Assembly (NCBI GenBank): GCA_044222185.1
Contig: JBGANV010000001.1
Span: 1,952,001 to 2,016,000, forward strand
DNA length: 64,000 nt
Origin: Planctomycetota bacterium
GTDB lineage: Bacteria > Planctomycetota > GCA-002687715 > CAIWVZ01
Direction of reading: 5' to 3'
Under the pieces are notes generated by a model. That model was given only the letters and a program-made list of their open reading frames with translations. It was not told where the DNA came from and did not search any database. Each line of letters begins with the position of its first letter. Within the stretch, counting starts at the first letter, position 1. Below are positions 56,849-64,000 of the stretch, one piece after another. The position numbers were made by a program, and so were the translations under genes.

Positions 56849-59527
56849 ATGATGCCGCCGCCAACCGTTCGCGTCGCCGTCCTGTTCGTTCTGCTCTCCC
56901 TCACATGCGCCGCCCAGGCCCCCTTCGCGTTCCGGATCGAGACGGGCGAGGAGGGTGTCTACTCGATACCCGCGGAGTCGCTCCGATCGCTGGTGCCGAC
57001 GGACGGCATCCGCTCCGACGACCTCGTCCTCACGCGCGACGGGCGCCCCGTCGCCATCGAGGTGTTCGGCGGAGCCGACGGCCACATCGACCCGGGCGAC
57101 GCGATCCTGTTCTTCGCTGAGCGCCCCGATCGCGCGACGCAGAAGACCTCCACCTACGTCCTCACCGACCGCGGAGGTTCCGTGCGGTTGTCCAAGGGCG
57201 ATCCCGACACGGCAACCGGCGAAACCCTGACCGATGCGCAATTCACCGTCACGGACGAGGTCGATCGCGTGTTCGAGTCGTTCGCGACCGTGCAGCAGAG
57301 CATCATCCGCGGGCCCGCGCGCTCGCACTGGTACTGGGCCCGCCTCCACGCGCCTGGCGCGCCCACGAAGCGCGCCGCGCCTGCTGCGGAAAACGAGGAC
57401 CCGACGACGGCGCAGGTCCCCCTCGTCCTCGAACCGCGCCCCCTGAAGACCGCGCCCGGACGCCTGCGGTTGGACCTCGTTGGAGCCCTCATCGACGGCA
57501 TCGATCAGAAGCTGCGCATCGAATTCAACGGGACCGAGGTCGGAACGATCACCTGGAACACGAAGCTCGAGAAGACGATCGAGGTCACCATCCCGGGGAA
57601 CCTGCTCGGCCGTGAAAACATGGTGCGCCTCATCGACCAATCACCGACGCCAACCTACAAGGATCCGGGGAACGAACTCGGCGGCCACCGCGCCAACTCC
57701 GTCCTGCTCGACAGCGTGTCCGTCTCCTACCTTGCGCAGATCGCCGGCCCCACGGTCTCTCGCGAGCAACGCGTCGTCCACATCGCCGCGGGCCGAGACG
57801 CGGCCCCGAGGCACTTCCGCATCGAGCACCGCCACGACGAGGGCTACCTGATCGTCGATGCCAAAGCGAAGCGGTTGTGGCGCAGCGCCGACATCGCCGT
57901 CGCCGGCGACAAGGACGTGACGCTCGGCATCACCTCCGTCGGTGGAGCCCGCCCGCCGCTCCTCGTGACGCGCCTCCGGTCGACGCAGGCGCACATGCCG
58001 GGTCCTGGCGCCGACTACGTCGTCGTCACGACGACGGACCTGCGACCAGTCCTGCAGCCGCTCATCGACCACCGCGAAGCCTCCGGGTTGAAGTCGCTGG
58101 TCGTCGAGGCCCGCGAGCTCTACGACACCTTCACGAACGGCGTCTACTCGCCCGTCGCCATCCAGAGCTTCATGGCCGCGGCCGCGAAGAACTGGAAGAC
58201 GAAACCCCGGTACCTTCTCCTCGTTGGAGACGCGGACCTGGACTGCACGTTCGTCAACACGAAGGAGACGATTCCGGCGACTCTCGTGATGACCGACTAC
58301 AACGGCGTCACGGGGACGGACGCGCTCTACGGTGATACGGACGGCGACGGCGTGCCCGAAATCGCCGTCGGCCGCCTCCCATTCCGCCGCCGCGACGACG
58401 TGCTCGACTTCATCCAGCGCGTGATCACCGAGGAGAAGCGTCCACCGGCCGGGGACTGGCGCCGCAAGATGACCTTCTTCGCCGGCGAGGGGCGATTCGG
58501 GCCGCTCGTCGACGGCATGATCGAGAAGGTCGTCGCGGGCGTGCTCGCCGACGACATCCCGCCGGAGTTCAACGTCGACATGACGTACGCGAACCCGAAC
58601 TCCAACTGGTACTACCCCGCCCCGGAGTTCAATCAGCGCGTGATCGACTCGTTCAACGCCGGTGGACTCGTGTTCACCTACATCGGTCACGGCTCGCCGG
58701 AAGCGTTCGACCGGGTGTCGACGCCCGCGGGGAACTACCCGATTCTCCGCGTCGCGGACGTCGACAAGCTCAACAACGAGGGGCGCTCGCCCGTGATGAC
58801 GATCATCGCGTGCTCGACCGGCCACTACGATGCACCGGAGCGGGATTGCATCGCCGAACAGATGCTCGCACGCCCGGGCGGCCCCATCGCAGTGATCGCC
58901 TCCTCGCGCATCAGCCACCCCTACCCCAACGCCCTGCTCGGCAAGAGCCTCGTGGCACCGTTCTTCGATCGGAAGAACCGCGTCGGCGACGTCCTCGTGG
59001 CCGGCAAGAAGAAGATGCTCGCCGAATCGTCGGGTGCACTCGCCATGATCGCCGAAGCGCAGCTCTCGAAGCAGGTGAAAGGGGCGACGCTCGTGCGCGA
59101 CCACCTCTACCTCTACAACCTGCTCGGGGATCCGGCGCAGCTGATCCCGTTCCCGGCGGCGTTCGCCTCGATCGAGGCGCCGGAGAAGGCCGCCGCCGGC
59201 GAGACGGTGACCGTGAAGGCGTCACTCCCGGAGGGCGGTGACGGCGAGGCCGTCGTCACGATCGAGGCGCGGCGTGACCGCGGGTCGCCGCCGGCCGGCG
59301 AGTCGGCCCCGGTGAACGCGGGCGCGGACGAGATCAAGGCGCGCCACCTTCGCGCGAACGACGTCAGCATCGTGCGCCAGACCGTCCCCATGAAGGGCGG
59401 CGCCGTCGAAGCGTCGATCACCTTGCCCCCGACCCTGTCGAAGGGCCGTTATGCGGTGGTGATCGCCGTGGCGGGCTCCGACACGGCTCGGTGCGCGGCG
59501 GGCGCGAAGGTCTTCAAGGTCGAGTGA
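56849..59527 (+). CDS. Secreted peptidase C25 (gingipain/PorU-like) protein
   Basis: Signal peptide; EEGVYSI and GDAILFFA propeptide-like motifs; RYLLLVGD, IAVGRLP, YIGHGS (His), IACSTG (Cys), YNLLGDP. Confidence 0.88.
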   Translation: MMPPPTVRVAVLFVLLSLTCAAQAPFAFRIETGEEGVYSIPAESLRSLVPTDGIRSDDLVLTRDGRPVAIEVFGGADGHIDPGDAILFFAERPDRATQKTSTYVLTDRGGSVRLSKGDPDTATGETLTDAQFTVTDEVDRVFESFATVQQSIIRGPARSHWYWARLHAPGAPTKRAAPAAENEDPTTAQVPLVLEPRPLKTAPGRLRLDLVGALIDGIDQKLRIEFNGTEVGTITWNTKLEKTIEVTIPGNLLGRENMVRLIDQSPTPTYKDPGNELGGHRANSVLLDSVSVSYLAQIAGPTVSREQRVVHIAAGRDAAPRHFRIEHRHDEGYLIVDAKAKRLWRSADIAVAGDKDVTLGITSVGGARPPLLVTRLRSTQAHMPGPGADYVVVTTTDLRPVLQPLIDHREASGLKSLVVEARELYDTFTNGVYSPVAIQSFMAAAAKNWKTKPRYLLLVGDADLDCTFVNTKETIPATLVMTDYNGVTGTDALYGDTDGDGVPEIAVGRLPFRRRDDVLDFIQRVITEEKRPPAGDWRRKMTFFAGEGRFGPLVDGMIEKVVAGVLADDIPPEFNVDMTYANPNSNWYYPAPEFNQRVIDSFNAGGLVFTYIGHGSPEAFDRVSTPAGNYPILRVADVDKLNNEGRSPVMTIIACSTGHYDAPERDCIAEQMLARPGGPIAVIASSRISHPYPNALLGKSLVAPFFDRKNRVGDVLVAGKKKMLAESSGALAMIAEAQLSKQVKGATLVRDHLYLYNLLGDPAQLIPFPAAFASIEAPEKAAAGETVTVKASLPEGGDGEAVVTIEARRDRGSPPAGESAPVNAGADEIKARHLRANDVSIVRQTVPMKGGAVEASITLPPTLSKGRYAVVIAVAGSDTARCAAGAKVFKVE

Positions 59528-59536
59528 GCGCAGAAG

Positions 59537-59562
59537 CCCACCCGAGCCGAGGCTCGGGTGGG
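59537..59562. terminator. 12-bp hairpin between convergent genes
   Basis: CCCACCCGAGCC-ga-GGCTCGGGTGGG. Confidence 0.6.
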
Positions 59563-59585
59563 GCTCGATCGCGGCGGCGCAGGAC

Positions 59586-61610
59586 TCACACGAGCGCGTA
59601 GCCGGTCATGACCAGCAGCGCGAGCCCGAGGACGATCGTCGTGGCGCCGAAGATCCGCGCGGCGATCCGCACTCCACGCGACGGCGGCGGCGTCACCATC
59701 TCCGCGAGGCGTCCTTCCTTGACGAGGAGTTCGTACTCCTCCGGTCGCTCCTCCTTGAGCTCGCCTTCCGGCACGACGCCGGTGTAGAAGCCCACGTCGA
59801 GCGGGAACTTGTCCGGACGGAGATTCGTCTGGAATGCCTGCACGGCGAAGTGGAATGCGACCGCCAGAAGCGCCTCGAGTCCATGGATGACGCCCGCCGC
59901 GTTCAGGAGCCACGGAGGCATGGCGCGCGAGAACCACTCGGGGAACCAGAGCATGGCACCCGTGAGTCCCATGATTCCCATGCCCCAGAACACCGCCCAG
60001 AAGTCGAACTTCTCCCAGTAGATCCATCGCCCGAACTGGGGCTTCGGACCGCGACCCAGGAACCAGCGGAAGTTCCCTGCGAGGTCCTGGAAGTCCTTCA
60101 GGCGCGGAACCATGGACCACGGCCCGCGGAACAGGCCACGTTCACGCTTGACGATGAACCGCCAGAGGACGTGCAGTACGAAGAAGGCGAACGTCAGGAG
60201 AAGCAGGACTGCGGCGAACCGATGCAACAGGGCGGCCGTCGTCGTCCCGCCGAACACCTTCATGACGGTGCGAGCCCATCGCTCCTGGCTGAAGTAGAGG
60301 GGCAGACCGGTGCCGGCGAGCATGAGGATCGCCGTCGTCGCGACGACGTTCACTCCGATGTGGACCTTCTTCATCCGCCGGATCCAGCGGACGTGCTCGC
60401 CGTGGCCCTCGTGGTTCAGCCGCCACTCCCGCGCGAGCAGGGAGCGTGCGAGCCACAGGAACACGTGGAGCCCTCCGAACGTCATCACCGTCAGGATGAG
60501 GCCCATCATCACGAGCCAGACCGCATTCAGGCCTGGGTACTCGCTGGATTTCTTCGGATCCGCGTGAACGAGATAGCCGGCGAAAGACGGGTTGGAGTTC
60601 TCGTGGCACTGGCCGCACGTGGCGACGCGCCGTGCCGGGTTGATGGACGAGGTCGGCTGGGATTCGGGAAGGATCTCGTGGTTTTCGTGGCACGTGTTGC
60701 ACGTCGCGACGCGGCCGTCGTATCCGAGCGAAGTGACCTTGCCGTGGTAGGTGAGGCGGAACGACACGCCGCGCTCGTCGTGGCATCGCGAGCACGACGC
60801 GACCGAGTCGGAGATGAACTGGGGTTCCGCGGTCTTGATGCCGTGCGGCTGATGGCAGTCCGTGCAGGTCGCGCCCTTGTGCTCGGCCCCGTTCGACTTC
60901 AGGTGATGGACGCTGCGCCGGTACTCCTCGAAGGGCGTCACGTGGCACTTCCCGCACTTCTGATCTACGCGCTCCCTGGCCAACGGCGAGTCGGGGTCCT
61001 TCTTGGCGTGGATGTCGTGGCCGCCGTGGCACGCGACACAGGTGGCGGACACCGTCAGCCCCGCCACGATGATTCCGTGGGCGTGCACGTCGCTCGCGTA
61101 CCTCTCGAACCGGAGAGGGCTGCCGATCGGTGCATCCGTGGCTCCGTTGGCATGGCACTTCGTGCACGTCACGTGAACGTTCAGCGGATACAGCGTCGAC
61201 TCGCGGTCGGACGGCTTGAAGATGTCGTGCACGCCGTGGCACGACTGACAGGTCACGGAGACGGCGGGGCGGCTCTCCGGGGCGCTCGATGCGGCGCGTC
61301 CGTGAACGCTCTTCGCGAAGACCTTGGCGGCCTCGTCGTGGCAGTCGGCGCAACCCGCAGTCGTCCGCCCTTTCTCGTGCGGGTACGGGCCGAAATCCAT
61401 GTGGCACTCGTCGCAGGATTTCGACTTGTGCACGGAGCGATCAAAACGGGTCTTGTCGACGAGAAGCCGCTCCACCGGCCTCGTCGGATCACCCAGGGCC
61501 TTCGCCAGCGCGTCCTTCGACGCGTGGCATTCGACGCACGATGGCTGTTGAGCCATTGCCGCGTCGACTGCAAGGAGAACGACGACGACCGCAAAGACTC
61601 GCGGACACAT
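59586..61610 (-). CDS. Multiheme cytochrome c (11 CxxCH) fused to an FdnI/HydC-type cytochrome b membrane domain (CbcL-like)
   Basis: Signal peptide; 11 CxxCH, many after SVH/DVH; WEKFDFWAVFWG, IH.LEALLA, LRPDKFP. Confidence 0.88.
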   Translation of the reverse strand: MCPRVFAVVVVLLAVDAAMAQQPSCVECHASKDALAKALGDPTRPVERLLVDKTRFDRSVHKSKSCDECHMDFGPYPHEKGRTTAGCADCHDEAAKVFAKSVHGRAASSAPESRPAVSVTCQSCHGVHDIFKPSDRESTLYPLNVHVTCTKCHANGATDAPIGSPLRFERYASDVHAHGIIVAGLTVSATCVACHGGHDIHAKKDPDSPLARERVDQKCGKCHVTPFEEYRRSVHHLKSNGAEHKGATCTDCHQPHGIKTAEPQFISDSVASCSRCHDERGVSFRLTYHGKVTSLGYDGRVATCNTCHENHEILPESQPTSSINPARRVATCGQCHENSNPSFAGYLVHADPKKSSEYPGLNAVWLVMMGLILTVMTFGGLHVFLWLARSLLAREWRLNHEGHGEHVRWIRRMKKVHIGVNVVATTAILMLAGTGLPLYFSQERWARTVMKVFGGTTTAALLHRFAAVLLLLTFAFFVLHVLWRFIVKRERGLFRGPWSMVPRLKDFQDLAGNFRWFLGRGPKPQFGRWIYWEKFDFWAVFWGMGIMGLTGAMLWFPEWFSRAMPPWLLNAAGVIHGLEALLAVAFHFAVQAFQTNLRPDKFPLDVGFYTGVVPEGELKEERPEEYELLVKEGRLAEMVTPPPSRGVRIAARIFGATTIVLGLALLVMTGYALV

Positions 61611-61638
61611 GTTCGTGTTCCTCAGCGCATCCCTGCCG

Positions 61639-63693
61639 TCACTTTCCGAGCTTCTTGTCGCATTCGTCGAGGAAGGAGCTCGCGGCTGTGAACAGCGAGG
61701 ATGCTCCGTTCGTGTTGTGAGAGGGTCCTGCCAGCGCACCCGCCTCGAAACAGGCTTTCGCCTTCGCGAAAAGTGCGCGTGCTTCCGTGGTGGCGGCTCC
61801 TGGAGCCGCCGCGGAGATCTTGAGTTCCGTGGCCTTCAGTCGGTCCGACAGGGTCTTCGACTCATCGGCCATGGCTTCACGCCATTGATCCAGCATGGAC
61901 CCGTAGCTCTCCTGCTTCTTGTGGCAGGCGATGCACTCTGCGCGGACCTCGGCGACGAGGTCCTTCGGGTCCTGGCGCTTGTGGCACTCCGTGCACGCCA
62001 CCTTCGCCATGTCGTTCTTGAGATCCAGCGTCGCGCCCTCGATGCGGATGTTCCCCGTGAGGAGCGCCGCCTCCCGATCGTGGCACGTGGCGCAGTCGGG
62101 CTTCTTGTCGTTGCCGTGGTGGCAATCAGTGCAGTCCTTCGGCTTGAACGTCGTCACGCCGTGCTTGTCTTCGTCGTGACACGCGTTGCAGTCGAGGTCC
62201 GTCTTCGCCAGGTGGGCGCGGTGACGGAACTGGACTCCGCCGAACCGGACGTTGATTCGCGCCGCATCGACGTGGCACGTATCGGCGCAGTGCGTGTCGA
62301 GCTTCCGCGGAACGCCGATGTCGATGTCCAGGGGCTTGAACGCCGGATCGAGCCCTGGGCCGGCCTCGTTGATCGCGTCCTTCGTCTTGCGGAGCAATGC
62401 CAGCGTGTACGTGATGTTGTGGGCGCCGTTCGAGCCGTCGGAGTGCACCAGGTCCAGGTTCTTGCGCGCGATCTCGAGCGACTGCGACGACCTGGCCGCC
62501 GCCCCCGCCTTCTCCAGCCCGGCAACCGCCCCATCCAGGCTCGTGAGGGCGCCAGTCACTTCCGTCCGCCAGCCCGTGAGCATGTTCCCGAACGTAGGGC
62601 CGTGGCAGTGCATGCACGACGTGTCGCCGGCCACGGGCATCCCCCCGTTGCGCGTCTTGCGGCTCTCGGCGCCCGGCCAGCCACGATGACAACCTGCACA
62701 ATCGACGCGCGTCTCGAACATCCGGTCCGGCCGGCCCTCGACGCCAGCGCCTCCCGTTCCCGAACGCATCAGGTGTTGCGTGTCGTGCAGTGCCGTGTGG
62801 CATTGCCCACAGTCCCCCGCCGTCGTCACGTGATCCCGCTCGGGAAGCTTGTGCTCCACTTCCTCGTGGCACTGATCGCATTCGATCTTGTGCTTCGTGA
62901 TGTGGTTCTCGTGGATGAACGCCACGTCGTTGAATCGGTTCAGGTGCTCGGGGGCACCGTGGCAAGTCGTGCACCGGGACTTCTTCGCGAGTCCGCTCCC
63001 GCGCGTGACGTTCCGATGACACAGGACGCACTCCGCCCCGCGGCCCACCCATTCGGAGTGACGGAACGGACGCCCGGAGACGTTCAGGTCCTCGGCGGGC
63101 GGTCCGTGGCACGTGTTGCAGTCGGCGTGCGCCTCGCTCTGCTCCGACGGACGCAGGTGGCACAGGAAGCAGCTGGAGCCGGTCACGGACATGTGCTCGC
63201 CCTGAACGATCTGCGAGTGGCAGCTCGTGCATCGAAGCTGGCGGCCGCGGCGCGTCTCGAGCAGGTGGCGGCGATGGTCGAACTTCACTCGGCCGAACGC
63301 GATGGGTCCGGACAGGAGCCGCTCGCTGTGGCAGCCCGACCGCATGCAGCTCTGGTCGCTGACCTCGGCCCAGGGCTTCGTCCCCTCCGTGTTGGTCACG
63401 TACTTCGTGAGCTGGTTGATCGCCTTGAACTTCCCGTCGACGGTCTCGAGGAGCCCAGGTTCGAAGTGGCAATCCACGCACTCGACCTTGCTGTGCGCCG
63501 AGTGCTTCCACGATTCGAAGTAGGGCTCCATGATGTGACACGACTTGCAGAAATCGGAGCGCGAGGTGTAGGCGACCATGCCGGTCGTCCCCACGGCACC
63601 GACGCCGAAGAGGATCGTCATCACGATCAACGCCGTCACCGCGAGCGCACGCGCGCGGGTCCAGATTCGCTTGATCCTCTGCAGGATGCTCAC
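61639..63693 (-). CDS. NapC/NirT-type membrane-anchored multiheme cytochrome (16 CxxCH + 2 atypical)
   Basis: N-terminal TM, FCKSCHIMEPYFESWKHSAH..CVDCH; also CMRSGCH and CADTCH. Confidence 0.9.
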   Translation of the reverse strand: MSILQRIKRIWTRARALAVTALIVMTILFGVGAVGTTGMVAYTSRSDFCKSCHIMEPYFESWKHSAHSKVECVDCHFEPGLLETVDGKFKAINQLTKYVTNTEGTKPWAEVSDQSCMRSGCHSERLLSGPIAFGRVKFDHRRHLLETRRGRQLRCTSCHSQIVQGEHMSVTGSSCFLCHLRPSEQSEAHADCNTCHGPPAEDLNVSGRPFRHSEWVGRGAECVLCHRNVTRGSGLAKKSRCTTCHGAPEHLNRFNDVAFIHENHITKHKIECDQCHEEVEHKLPERDHVTTAGDCGQCHTALHDTQHLMRSGTGGAGVEGRPDRMFETRVDCAGCHRGWPGAESRKTRNGGMPVAGDTSCMHCHGPTFGNMLTGWRTEVTGALTSLDGAVAGLEKAGAAARSSQSLEIARKNLDLVHSDGSNGAHNITYTLALLRKTKDAINEAGPGLDPAFKPLDIDIGVPRKLDTHCADTCHVDAARINVRFGGVQFRHRAHLAKTDLDCNACHDEDKHGVTTFKPKDCTDCHHGNDKKPDCATCHDREAALLTGNIRIEGATLDLKNDMAKVACTECHKRQDPKDLVAEVRAECIACHKKQESYGSMLDQWREAMADESKTLSDRLKATELKISAAAPGAATTEARALFAKAKACFEAGALAGPSHNTNGASSLFTAASSFLDECDKKLGK

Positions 63694-64000
63694 GGCCGGC
63701 CCTCCGCCGGAGTGTCCGCCGCGACTCGCAGCCGGCTCAGCCGTCGCACGTGCACGTACAACGCGGCGACGAGGATGCCGATCGCGCTGAAGACGATCGC
63801 AGCGAGGATGCGGCGGTCGCGGATGTTCCGGAGCTTCACCGACAGGGATTCATCCACCTTCGTCACGACGCCGTCCGCCTTCGCGACGAGCGCCTTGAAC
63901 TCATCGACGGACGCCGCGTGTCCCACGGGACCTGCCATCACGAGCGAGTGACGCGCATCGTTGATGTAGGTCTCTTCCGCGCGCACCACGATGCCCTTGC
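63690..64000 (-). CDS. C-terminus of a membrane-anchored protein, probably another cytochrome c3-family subunit (truncated by window)
   Basis: Frame open to window edge; helical region then TM (ILAAIVFSAIGILVAALYV); stop overlaps next start. No heme motif visible in the fragment. Confidence 0.55.
   Translation of the reverse strand, partial: KGIVVRAEETYINDARHSLVMAGPVGHAASVDEFKALVAKADGVVTKVDESLSVKLRNIRDRRILAAIVFSAIGILVAALYVHVRRLSRLRVAADTPAEGRP

Overview
High-GC bacterial chromosome segment. The gene repertoire (ECF sigma paired with a Ser/Thr kinase, CRTAC1/ASPIC-UnbV, HEAT-VWA with MoxR, the rpoZ type) suggests Planctomycetota; this is an inference. 1-40 kb is mostly housekeeping: CusA/CzcA tail, tpiA, secG, pyrE, yicC, gmk, rpoZ, split coaC/coaB, dut, ftsK, rimO, pgsA, pgpA, priA, dprA, two flagellins, aroB, folC, a MoxR module, an Mla/Mce transporter, fabZ-like, Rrf2 and RluA. 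40.4-55 kb is a plastic accessory region: an astacin/FG-GAP/lamin-tail protein and its partial paralog, a kinase-FGE plus ECF pair, duplicated gene remnants, and an AAA_14-DUF4143 ATPase-nuclease behind a perfect 18-bp palindrome. 55-64 kb holds a B12 radical SAM enzyme, a C25 peptidase and a multiheme cytochrome operon. Best leads: (1) a motor-less, membrane-anchored FtsK-gamma protein coupled to ftsK; (2) a ~9-kb cargo bracketed by diverged copies of the same two gene ends, at a locus with three DUF4143-family sequences; (3) a CbcL-like cytochrome that seems to lack one heme-b site; (4) a third sigma28-like promoter pointing antisense into the flagellins. No tRNA, rRNA, CRISPR array, integrase, transposase or reverse transcriptase was recognised. 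All family calls are from motif recognition by eye, with no database search.
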